Below the pieces are notes generated by a model that ran no database searches, was not told where the DNA came from, and was given only the letters and a program-made list of their open reading frames with translations. A program made the position numbers and the translations under genes. Of a stretch of 64,000 nt of DNA, positions 49,834 to 62,596 are shown in pieces (the stretch's first letter is position 1; the number at the start of each line of letters is the position of its first letter). Source of the DNA: Adineta vaga (Eukaryota; Animalia; Rotifera); NCBI GenBank assembly GCA_021613535.1, contig CP075494.1:2232001-2296000 (forward strand), given 5' to 3'.

Positions 49834-52615
49834 TTACAACTTTATATAATTTCTATAAGTTAAACAAGTTTTTTCGAAAATTTCTTCTTCATCTTTTTGA
49901 AAACTTTCACTTAATTGTCGAACAATATCCAATTTACTTTCTAAAACACTCTGTTTGATTTTCAAATTCTCCAAATCTCGATTATGATTTATCAATGCAA
50001 TAATATTTTGAGATTGAATTTCCATCTTATATTCCAACATCCATTTTTGTCCTTCCAATAATCGAATCGACATTTTCATATGATCATATGCTTCCAAAAA
50101 TAGTTCTGACTGAACGAATCTATCCGCTACTATTTCTTGTAATTGATAATGATGAATTGTTTTCCAATCATTGATTCTCGTATCACCAAGATCGTAATAC
50201 AATGCAATTACTTCTGTTAAATGCATTAAAGCACAATCTTCTTCTTCAATAATTAAATATTTAATCGCTAATTCAATTTTACATTGTGCTAAATCACATT
50301 GATTGATATGTCGACATCTTCTTTGACTTAGACTAATATATTTCATACGTTCAGAAATGTATTGATGTTTAATTAATTGATAACGAATAGCTGTTGAATA
50401 ATCGGAATAATTCTCTTCGTAAATTTTAATCATATTATCAATAATATCAGAAATTTTTAAATAAAAATCAAATTCAAATGGTTCTTCAAGAAAAATGTCC
50501 AATGCACATTGATAATTTACTAAACTTTCTTTATAATCAAATTGTACTTTTCTCAATTCCGCTTTTTGTTTAAATGCTTCTGCAAGTTGCGCCTTATCAT
50601 TTCGATAATAATCCAACGCATTTGCAAGACGCAATTCTTCATATCGAATTATCATTTCCATCTCATCAGCATTGTAACCATTTAATTTCCTACGATGTCG
50701 TTCTAACAATGTTAATTTGTAATAAATCTTTATACATTCATTAGAATCTACTGCGTATTTAAGCGCATTTTTAAGATAAAAAATGCATTCTAAATACCAT
50801 TTTTCAGCTAGATTTTCATCTTGTATGTTATATTGATAACAACGTGCAAGTCGTTCATAGATTCTCGCAATATCAACACAAGAATTTAATTCTTTATCAT
50901 TAACAAATTTTTTGAAAATAGTCAAAGATTCGTTCGAATAATTCAATGCTTCTGTATAACTTTCTTTCTCAATAGAATTCCCTATCAACCAAGATAATCG
51001 TAATGCATCAAGCCATTCTTTTTCTTTTGGATAAATCGAAATAAGTTCATTGTAGATGATCATTTGATTCTCAATTGTCATGTCAGCTACAACATTTTCT
51101 AATAAATGAATGCATTTTCTTAACATTATTTGTTGATTTTCCAATTGAAAATCTTCATTTTCTTTTCTTTGAGAATCATAATTTAATTGAAGTTGTACAA
51201 TATAAATATTTTCAACTTCATTACAAAAAATATTTGTTTTAGTAAAACGATTTCCATATGAAAACATGATTTCATCTTCTTCAGTAAATTGACTTAATTT
51301 TGAAATATCACTGTATAATCGAGATTTTATTTGAATATTAACATCAATTTCAAATAAAATACTTTTTAATTCATCATCATTTTCTATATTCGATTGATTA
51401 TTGAGATAAATAAGAGCAACATTACGATTTAAAGTTGTTGAAAAGAAACTATTGTTAACAAGCCAAGGTATACTATGATTATCTTTAAGTTGATTGATTT
51501 CATTCGGTGACATAAGTTGTCCACGATAAACTTTTACAATTGATTGTTTATTTGTTTCGCATTGTTTTCTATACTTTGCATGTTCGGTTTTTAACTGTTT
51601 TTGTAGATCTTTGATGAAAAAACTGAAGAAAAATAAAGTTTTTATATCATATCGACGTAGAGCAATGTTAAGAAGACGATAGATAAATGCATCACGAGTG
51701 TACCAATGAATTGCATTATGAGTTTTGGGATAATTTTCAGCGAATTGTTTAACATCTTCAAGTTGATTTGAATTTGTTCCTTGAAAATATTGTTCAAGGA
51801 AAGTAATACATCGTTGAAAATAATTAGGTGGATTTGGAATATAACAAAGAAAATCAAGAAAATCAATGCGTGAAGGGAATGGCGAATCATCTGTTGTCGT
51901 TCCATGTTCTTCTGTTGAAGTTAAATTATCAAAAACAACATTTTCAATATAATTTGTTTCTTGTTGGATTATTTTAATTAGATCATTCGATAAATTTTCA
52001 TCATCAGTATGGATCACTCGTTTCTAGTTATAAACAAAAGATGATAAAAAAATATAGCTAAAAATAACGTGAACTGAAATTTTGCCCACGGATTTAAGAA
52101 TCTGAGTTTTCGTCTCTTGTTTCTTTCTACTTAACTTCACAACGAACATCAAGAAATTTTCTATGAGAGAATATCCTCAGAAGGGTCTAATATTGATTAT
52201 TTTAGTGAAAATCACTAACCTTTAATTCTGTCCTTCGCAGTTGTTGATTATTTATATTCGTATTTTGATGATAGATCATTATCGACCAAATATGTTTCAT
52301 ATGAATAATTTTTGGTACAAATGATTGTTCATATTGATCAGAAACGATTAGAAATGTTGTTATATTGTTAGTTTGTTTTAGAAATTCTTCACATTGATCA
52401 ACATTATTGAATGAATTGATATTATTAATTCGTTCTTGAATTTGTTTTTCACCGGAAGCAATTATATTGTTATCAATTGTTGTATGAAACAAGAAAACTA
52501 TTTGACGAGCGACAATATCCAAGTGAAAACAACGATCATAAGTTCGAGATATTGTTTCCTGTTTAATATCTTTTGTATCGATTTCAGATGGTAACATTGT
52601 TTGTTGCTCAAACAT
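49834..52615 (-). CDS. second REC-like / ADP-ribosyltransferase / degenerate-TPR protein
   Basis: Exon 1 FNNVDQCEEFL..FLIVSD; intron 52024-52219; AIHWYTRDAFIYRLLNIALR, VYRGQ, FFSTT, EEDEIMF; helical TPR-like C-terminus. Confidence 0.85.
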
Positions 52616-53597
52616 ATTTATTCGAAGAAATCCGTCTAAACAAATTAATGAAAAAGAAAAATTCATCGTCTAATAATAAAAGTAAAGTACATATGATCGT
52701 ATCTCTTCTCATGCAACTATATAAGTACTTACAAATTTATATTCTTGGTTTGCGTTTTATAATTTATCATCAGCTTCTTATCTTATCTTACTTTTCTTGT
52801 TTTATTAAAAAGTGAATATAACATTGAAGTAACGTCTGAGACAAAAAAAAGTACATAAAATATTTCCTATTCCCAAATGTTACACCATCTGGAGGGTGGG
52901 TGCAAGTCAGTGTTGATGTTCAAATATACATTCTAAATGGATTGTAACTTCGATGAATACCACTAGGTTTATAGTATATGTAATGAATTATTAAGAAGTC
53001 TTTCTCTTATTCATTAAGTCTTAGATGAAAAAATAGTCACACAAACTAATTTATTCAGAAGTGTGAAGTTTCCTCAAGTTGAGTTTTATTAAACTTGTTT
53101 GCTAGATTCCGTCGATGTTTTATAAATGTTATCACTTTCATGTAATGTCTATCTCTCTTTCGTTCGTACACAAACGTATATAATATGTCAAGTCTTTGCA
53201 TTCTGAGCATGCAGAGTAGTCAATAAACATCATACCAAAGGTATAGCAATAGAGCTACTCATTTAGTTTGTCGTTATATTTGTGTTCAAGAATTCTCTTT
53301 TAGAATTGTCTCTGTTGATACTCTTGGTTTCATAGTCATATAATTGAATAAAAGTTTCAAATTTGATACTACTGCATTTGAGCTATATCTATTTTGTGTT
53401 TCATTTCTGTTCTATCGATTCCATAAACTTGATGTTGACTTTGATCTTATTTCTTTTTACATACAATTCAATACGTGATAGTACACCATTCTTTCTCGTT
53501 TGTTCTTTTCTATTTTATGACAGGCAACGTTGTATTTTATACGATTCTTTTAGTTTATAGATTCATAACAAAGAGAAAATAAGAAGAATCATTTTGA

Positions 53598-53644
53598 ATG
53601 GAACAATCATCAACTAGTACTCACATTTTCGATCATAATAAGTC

Positions 53645-53675
<31 letters not shown>

Positions 53676-56600
53676 CGACATCCACCATATTTTCTTTTAC
53701 TGATTTCACCTATAACTTGGTTCAAATGTTTTGCACTCATCTTTTGTCGTACTCGAGCACGAACGCGTTCCATCGCTCTACTTCAATATTTTATTCTTCT
53801 ACTTACAGTTCTTTTCATGATTGTTTCCTGCTATCTTTCTTATGTATTAGCAGACGATGTAGGTCAGTATAGCCTATATCTGTCTAATGTTGCATCAAAT
53901 ACTACATCGATGATAGAAGGAAGAAGATTATTCGATGAACTGATCTGGCGCACTGTGCTTAAAACATTCTTTCTTGGCATCACATTCGGTCTTATTCAAG
54001 CATGTAATTTTTTCTTAGCTGCTCAGTGGCGCCAACGACTCTGTGATCGGTTTCAAGAATTATTACTTCGCTCTTCCAATGGTTGTGTATTGTATGCTAT
54101 AGCGCAAACAAATGAAGACATATATAAAGTGATTACTAATGATGTGAAACAGTTCACGAGTAATTTTGCTTCTGTACTTTTCGGATGCATGTTTTTCAAG
54201 AGCATCATATCTATGTTTGCTTTGATTGTTACTGCTTGCGTGTTTATTATGCGCATGACAAATGGGGATACAAGCGGAATTCTTATTTGCTTTGTGGCAT
54301 TTATTTTTTGTGTCCTGATTACATTGCCTAGTGCACATTTGTACAATTGGAACTTGGTGACACAAGTATGATCGAATAGTATTTTGTAGCAAGGAGAATA
54401 GTTTTCTAGCGAGTTTCTATTACATTGTGAACTAAACTTTGGTCTATATCTTTAGTCTATACGAAAAGGTCGTCTTCGTTCGTACATGCAACGTATTCAA
54501 ACTCATGCACAATGCATTGTGCTCTATGGAAGTCAACGAGTGGAACTAAAATATATTCAACGATTATTATCGACTGTTTGTAATTCCATGTTGATCGGAT
54601 CCATTAGTTTTGCATTGGTCAATTTTCCCATTCAGTTCTCATGTAAGCAAAGGAAATTGTCTTCAATATATATTCGAAACAAATAAGACTCGTAAATTTT
54701 CTTACAGTTGTTATCACTGGATTGTGCACATATACTATGCCTTCTGTAATATTCTTCTTTATTCGAAAAACACAAAGTCCAGAATTAGCACGCAACCTGC
54801 TAAGTAAGTAGATAATTTGCAAGACGAGAATTATTTTATATATTCTAATGTTTCATATAGCTGCCATTCCATTTTATTCTATCTTGATCAATCTTCTCAG
54901 TCAGCTAATATTTATCTTGGAATTTGCTTTAATCACAGTTACTATGGGTAATCATCTATGGATGATACTCGATCGTCTAGAGAAACTAGCAAAACAACAT
55001 CAGACACGCATTGCTTACGAAAAAGACAGTGGCATCAGACAAGAAGATAGTAATATGTTTATTCTCCGTCATTTGAACATTTCTGTTTCAGGTAAAGATT
55101 TTTTGTAGTGATAGATTTTCAAAAACTTCTTTCGTAAATTAGGTGTTATAGGTGCACCGTTATTACAAAGTCAGGTCAATCTAGAAGCCATACGTGGTCA
55201 ATGTATTCTCGTTTCTGGACCAAGTGGATGTGGAAAAACGTCATTATTCCGTATCTGCGCTGGCCTTCAATCTATCGATGCTAAACAGATCATACTACCA
55301 ACACGACATCATCTTCTGTTCATTCCATAACGACCATATCTACCACTTGGTAGCCTACGTTTTCAAGCTCTCTTTCTTGTAGAAGATCAACGCACTATTA
55401 ATGATAGAGATCTCTTTCAACTATTTCGGTCAGTTAATCTTCTGTATTTACTTGAAAGACATACATTAGATATGGTGAGTAATAATGGATATAATTGTTG
55501 TATTAAAATCTATATAGGATTGTTTTTTTCAAGACTGTTGACTGGTCGTTAGTACTTTCTATGGGTGAACAACAGCGTTTATCTTTCGTTCGCTTACTAG
55601 CTCTTTTCACTTTAGCGCCGAACAAGAATCAGTTAGTACAAGAAACTTTAGTTTTTTTTGATGAGTCAACCAGTGCTATCGACATTAAGACGGAACGTGA
55701 AATTTATCGACGTTTGTCTGAACTTTGTGTATGGTTTGTGACCATCTCTCATCGTTCGTCACTCGTTCATCTCCATACAAAAGGGTTACAATTTTTTCCA
55801 GGTGGAAACTGTCAACAGACAATCGAACCAAAACATATGAAAGATCAGGTTTCGTTCACATCGACAGACGAAGAGAAGAGCAAACATGATTTTACAGAAA
55901 CAAAACAATCACAAGTGAGTTAATCGGATTTTGAGTCAGAACCCTTTTGTTATTCCATAAATTGCTTTCTTTCTGTGTATCAATCAATATTTTAGAACGC
56001 AAATGTGGTAGATAACTGTGTTAATATACCATATACATATAAGAAAAACACTTCAGGATGGAAACTTATAGTCGATATCATTAAATTTATGCACCTACCG
56101 TTTCAATCTAATGATAAAAAGCTTATAGTCGAAGTAAGTACTTATATTTTTTGAAGGATTGTTTAATTTTTTCTTTCCATGTTAGACAATCATTGCTTGG
56201 CTGTTAAGCCTCATAATGGCTGGAGTCGATACTTGGTCTTTTTATACTTTCATTAATCGTACTGCAATCTTATACAATGGTTTATCTGGTTATGCTAGTG
56301 GCTCTATCTCTCTTAATGAAGCGAAACAATCAATCAAATCAGATATTGTCAGTTATGTACTTATTGTATTGGTAATACCTGTATCATATTCGTTAAGTGC
56401 TGGTGGTGGTCGAGCATTAGCCTCACTCTATACACGCAGACAATTAAATTATCTCTCGCATTTACTCTTAGATAATTTTGAGAAGGAACATACAAATAAT
56501 CTATTGTATTATAGCAGACATATGTCAACGATATCTAACATTTTTTCCAATGAGATTGCTGAAATGAACACTGAAGTCTTCAATTTACTATTTGGACAGG

Positions 56601-58164
56601 TATATTACGTTGGTATCATAAGTAAGATCTTATAATAGATATGACTGATTTCAAACAAAATCTATCATTTTTACAGGTCAGTTCGCTCTGAATATCGTTC
56701 TTTCTATCGATCTGAGCAAACAAAAAGGTGGATCTATCGGAAATTTGATCATTTACCTCTTCGGATTTGGCTTCTTTATCATCACAAATATTCTATCTGT
56801 TCTTTTTAAAAAGTGGAGTGTGCATGATGAAGTACAATTCGTTCAATTTCTAAATGCTCATAAAAGAGTTAATCTTCAAGCAGAACAGATTGCCTTGCTG
56901 GGAGAAAATGTTTGTATAGCTGAAGAAAATGAACTTCGACAAAAACTTGATTCATCAGTTCACTCTCAAATGCGTTATGGTTATTTCTTTTCCATTATTG
57001 TTAGTGTCGCCAGACTCTGTGTAGAAAACACTTCCCTCGTTAGCTACGGTATACCAGCGGCGATCTTCTTTCATACTTATTATTCTCAAGGAGTAAGAGA
57101 TCCTATAACAGCACAAACATTCATTACTTTGAGTGTATACATGTTCAATCTCTACTCGTCTGTCAGCTTCATCACTTATTTCAGTGATCCTCTAACACGT
57201 ATTCAATCGATTGGAATGCGCCTTGTCAACGAACTTGGTAAGTGGACATAATAGTTGATTAGCGTAGATACAGATAGAAGGAATAAACCATTCACTTAAT
57301 CTAAAAATACTTAATAGCGAACATTTTCCGCTATAATTAACAGTAAATGTTCGATGATGTCAAATTTCAGAACAACTTCGTCAAATTAACATATATCATC
57401 GTCATTTGGCGACTGAAGAGCAAGCACGAAAACAACGTGTGTTTATCGAATCGAAATTAAATGAACCTTCACTCGTATTCGAACAAGTGGATGTGCGAAT
57501 TCCTTACTCATCTCATGTTCTTATATCAAATATCAATCTAATACTTCATTCTTCTGACAATCTTATTATCACTGGTCCTTCTGGTTGTGGCAAATCAACT
57601 TTACTTCTTCTTCTTGGAGGTGTTATCTTTAATAAAAGTGATAATAAGAATTCAGTATTACGTATAATTCCACGTCAGAATATCATTATTCTATGTCAAC
57701 AGTTACATTTGATCAGAGGAACACTGAGAGAACAACTTTCCTATCTGCGATTGGTATGAGTATAGTGCTTCCATACAAGATACAATGACTTACTTCTTTT
57801 TTTCTAGGCAAATGATTTGGATTCAGTCACAGATGACAATTATGTTCAACTACTACTCAATGAACTTAGTCTAGGCCATCTTATAGATCGTTATTCTATG
57901 GATGGAGAGAAACAGGTTTGGTCCGAAATGTTGTCTATTGGAGAACAACAGCGACTCATGATGGTCACTGCATTTCTTGTCGGCACAGAAACTGTACGAT
58001 TGTTCATTCTCGATGAGACAACATCAGGCTGCGATAAACAAACAGAAAAGGCCATATATGAACATCTTCAACGATCAAATGTACAATTTATATCTATTTC
58101 TCATCGCAAGGAAATTAACATTTATCATTCATGTCAAATGACAATTGATACTGGACATAACTAA
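53598..58164 (+). pseudogene. full-size (TMD-NBD)x2 ABCD-family transporter with one in-frame stop
   Basis: Two NBDs: SGPSGCGKTS / LSMGEQQR / FFDESTSAID / ISHR and GPSGCGKST / LSIGEQQR / ILDETTSG / ISHR; multi-exon; TAA at 55328-55330 replaces the Q of the FIPQRPY motif. Confidence 0.8.
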
Positions 58165-58323
58165 TCCCAACATCAGTTCTCAAAACGCGATTTTGATTAC
58201 TTTTCGATCCATCCAATCATTTTCTAAAGTATACTGATTAAAGAAAGATTCTTCAGAAAAAATAGAATTGTAAAACTACAGTAGTATAGTTTTTCTCAAA
58301 TCTTTATTTGAAATGAATATATA

Positions 58324-58377
58324 AGGGTGTGGGTGTGTGTAAGTCAGCGTCTCTATTCATACGTACCTACATCCACC
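58324..58377. repeat. telomere-like inverted hairpin element
   Basis: agggtgtgggtgtgtgt...tctctattca...cctacatccacc. Confidence 0.55.
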
Positions 58378-58482
58378 TAGTGATTTATCACAATGAAACA
58401 ATGTGCCATTATAAATTTTTATAGAAAAGAAGTCATGTTAAAAGTTTATTGTTATTTTTATTAGATACATTCGATTTTTGAA

Positions 58483-59565
58483 TTATTTTCTTTGACAAGA
58501 ACTTTTATCGATAAGAAATTTTTGAACTCGATTATTTAAAGTATCAGTAACATATAAATTTCCTTGTCGATCAAGATATACATCCGAAGGATAATCTAAT
58601 TGATCTGATCCAGAACCTTCACCATTTCCACCAGTGATCAATGTACCATTTGTCGCATCTTTTAACCAACGCATAATTCGATGATTTTTTTGTATCTGCA
58701 ATATATATTGTTTCTTGTTGATCAGCAAAAACACCTGATGGATTATTAAGTTGATCAAAAGCATCACTTGTAGAACCATAATGACCAGCAACGAGAATTG
58801 GTTCATCATTATCTTCAACTATTTTCAGTATTCGATTTGCTGAAATTCCAGCAGTATAAACCGTTCGTTTTTCATCGATAAAAATAAAATTTGTGAGACC
58901 TAAATTTGTTGCAACAATATCTCCAACGAATTCATCATCATTAAAATTCCATTTTGTTATTTGTCCTTTCGCATATTCCGAAACATAAATAAATCCTTGA
59001 TTATCTTGTCCAATTCCAACAACTTGAATACGATCAACAAGAACTTCACCTTTTTGTTCATCTTTATACCAACGAACAACACGATAATTTCCTCCATCAC
59101 TAATATAAACTGTACCATTTTTATCAACAACAATATCTTGTGGCATATTTAGTGGAAGTTCATGAGTATCATCTCCATCTACTGTTAAACCTGCAACCCA
59201 TTGACCAATTGTTGCATTTTGCTGCCACATAACTACACGATGATTAGAACGATCTGCAATATAAATCGTGTCATTATCATCAAGAAATATTCCATATGGA
59301 TCAGCTAATTGATCAAGTCTTCTACCATAACCATTTCCCCCAGCAACTGTTATTCCTTGTTTTGACCATGTTGCTGTTGAACAAACTTCACCTTGTGATT
59401 CTTTAATTTCAACTATTTACGTAAAAAAGTTCAAATATTTTAATAAATACAAACGAACTATTTACTTGATAAACTGAAAGAAAAAAATAAATTATTTAGA
59501 AATTAATATTCATAAAAAGAAACTAACCTGAAAATAAGAAATAAGAATAAGCAAAAGGAAATCAT
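58483..59565 (-). pseudogene. secreted NHL-repeat protein, frameshift in a homopolymer
   Basis: Signal exon from ATG 59565, TVAGGNGYG..QLADPYGI, YIADRSNHRV, YVTDTLNNRVQKF; +1 frameshift in the T7 run at 58685-58691 (possible sequencing error). Confidence 0.75.
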
Positions 59566-59893
59566 TGTTTTAGTTTTGATATTTACGATAAAATAAAACG
59601 ACTTAAATAATATTTTATTTTCTGATTCTGTCATCGTACATCAGCATTTATCTTATCTCAATATAATTATTTTTTATCAATATTTGTTTGCCCCCAAAAT
59701 ACAACAAAGAAATATAATAGACAATACTTTTGTTTTTAAAATTTGCATTTCAATTGATTGTGAGAATTTCTATTCGTATATGGTCTATTCTGATGATGTA
59801 TGAAAATCAAATTAAAATATAAAGAAATAATTGGTTGTTAAAGTATGGCATTGAATATATCTACGTAGTTCTATACGAATATCACCTTGAAGT

Positions 59894-60183
59894 TGTGGGT
59901 GTGGGTGAAGGTGCCAGTCGATGTTAGCGTGAAGAAATGATACTCTCACTCACATCCAAAACGTATTTAAATCGACTCAATTTTGAACTAAATCGCACTT
60001 TTCTATCTAAAACTTTCCAAAAAAGTCTCAAAAACAAAATGGATGTACTCCAATACGAATATGCCTAGATTTGTGTCAGATGATTAGTAGCTTTAAGATT
60101 TCCAAGATAAATGGTTCTGTAGCTAATAAAAGGCGTAGGTGAGGATATCACTTCTTCGCGCTAACACTCACCCACACCCATCC
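59894..60183. mobile_element. MITE-like element with telomere-repeat-containing long TIRs
   Basis: 59894-59957 aligns with the reverse complement of 60132-60183 (tgggtgtgggtga..tgttagcg[t/c]gaagaa[a/g]tgata..ctcac). Confidence 0.65.
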
Positions 60184-60482
60184 TTTTCCATTCGATCGAT
60201 GAAAAATTTGAAGGAACTGAAAATGTTAGGTGTGATAATTTCAATAATTTTATACATAAATTATTAGCCCGATTCAAATAATTTATACTTGAACTCGTAA
60301 CGTCGGTTACAGCGATGTCTATTGCATACTATAGTGAACTCGAAGAGCATAGTGGCTATAACGTTAGGAATCAATAGAATATAAATAGAATTCATATAAA
60401 AATATAGAAAAATGACATTATTGACTTATTTTTATTCCTATTACATCCAAAAAGAAGTATAAAATAAACATCTTTTATGTTC

Positions 60483-61731
60483 TTATTCAACAGCAGAAGC
60501 TGTTTCATCACCTGGTGGTCCACCTGCCATCATCATTTTAAATAAATTAGCTACTTTTTCTGCCGAATCACCCTCTGAAATGAATAAATCAAGATTCGAT
60601 GCGGATTCACGAGCAAAGCCAGACGCACGCGAAAACATTTTTTGTTCATATTCATGAATTGCCTTTGTCAGTTCACCCGATTCAGTGATAGCTAGAGCTA
60701 ACTCTGTCGCATCTAGCATAGCTAAATTAACACCTTCACCTGCAAATGGTGACATGAGATGAGCAGCATCGCCCAATAATGTTACTCCAGGCTTCGTTTC
60801 CCATTGATGATCAACAGGTAATACATATAGAAGTCGTGGAATGAAATTATCGTCACATAAACGTACAAAATCAAGTAACTTTTCATTCCAGTCGGAAAAT
60901 AATTGAAGGGAATAAGTACGAGCTTGTTCTGTTTGATTAAAATCAACGCCTGATTCGGTAATCCAATTTTCTGGCGCACGAAAAGTAATGTAGACGCGAA
61001 TAATATTATTTCCATTGCGCTGTGCAAGGAGGCCTTTATTATCTGATAGAGCATTTAGAGTGCCACGACCAACTAATTTACTGATCTCTGGATGACGGTC
61101 ATGGACTTTGGAGAAGCTCACTTCTACCATTGAAACACCGCTATAAGTCGGCTTAGCATCTGATACAAGCGGACGAACTCGCGACCTAAACACATTTGTT
61201 ATACCTAATATTGTCAATAAAAATCGCTACTAATAAAACTTACCAAGCACCATCGGCACCGACGACTAAATCAACAGTTTCCGTTGCACCATTGCGAAAA
61301 ATAAGTTTATGTTGACCATTGCCAAGTGATTCTACACTTTCTAAACAATGATCCTGTCGAATAGTGTTTGGTTTTATTGAATCGAGAAGTAATTGACGTA
61401 GATCACCTCGGTCGATTTCAGGCCGATCAAACTTATCATCATTTACTACTTCGTCGTAATGAACTACACCATACTTATCAATAATGCGTAGATCTTCTCC
61501 TTCAGGACGACACAACTCTTTAAACTTGTCAAATAATTCTGCTGTTTGAAGAGCATATAGTCCCGATTCAGTATGTAAATCTAAACTTCCACCTTGCGAT
61601 CGAGCATTGACAGAATTTTCCCGTTCATAAACTTCCACTTCAACACCTTTAAGTTGAAGAATGCGTGCTAATGTAAGACCACCTGGCCCAGCTCCTATAA
61701 TTGCAACACGTCCTAATTGATTTGTTGTCAT
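60483..61731 (-). CDS. TetX-like FAD-dependent monooxygenase (group A flavoprotein); HGT candidate
   Basis: IIGAGPGGL, YERE..ARSQGGSLDLH, RPEIDR, VVGADGAW|SRVRP across intron 61186-61243, LLGDAAHLMSPFAGEGVNLAMLDA. Confidence 0.9.
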
Positions 61732-62314
61732 TCTCGAAAACAAACAGATTTATTATGAATTAATCAATCTAAATTGAATTAATAATGGCACAAATATATG
61801 ATGCATTTTAATTTATAACTTAAATAAAATTGTGTTCTTTTTCTTACCTGAATAGAAGTAAATATGCTTCTTTACTGATTCTGAAGGCAATATATATATA
61901 TATATAGCTCAAGCACATGTGAAAGATTCTTTTTTCTTTTCTGTTTTTCACCTTTTTTCTTATTCATGAAGTCTTTTATATACCACAGAATTTTTCTCGT
62001 AAGCCGTAACTTACATAACTGACGTACTTTACTGCCGTTTCGTTCGGTGCCGATGCATAATAATTGCTATGTATTTTATATATATTGAAAATTAAAAAAA
62101 TGACCTTTTTAAACGCATTTTTCTCTTTTTAATATTTTATATTAAATAAAAGAAATCATTTCAAACTTAATTCTCTTTCAATGATAGAGAGTAAAATGTT
62201 GTTTATCATTATGCTATCAATCATAAGTCGAATAATAGGTAATAAAGATTGATTTCGATTTTGATTTTTTTTTCTATTACAAGTTTTAGCAATTTTATAC
62301 AATTTACCAAAATT

Positions 62315-62365
62315 TGGGTGTGGGTGTGGGTGTGGTTATGAAGAACAGAGAGATACATCCACACC
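62315..62365. repeat. telomere-like inverted hairpin element
   Basis: tgggtgtgggtgtgggtgtgg-ttatgaagaacagagagata-catccacacc. Confidence 0.75.
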
Positions 62366-62596
62366 ATCAAGATGCTGCTGAAGTCTCATGAAGTGTTTCG
62401 AAAGTTTTGAAGCCTACTAAGTATTCAAGTTCACTGTTTCTTTCTTGATCTGCCCTGAATCGTACCTACCTAAGTCTTTGATCTAGTCTAGTTTGAGCTT
62501 ACCCAGGCTTAATAGCCCCGCCGCCTATGACCCACACAATACGCTACACATGCAAAATGTTCAGAGTTTTATTCGAAAAAAAATCATTTGCCAAAT

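Noticed and set aside
53644-53676. (ACA)n tract
   Set aside because: Ordinary coding microsatellite (poly-Thr).
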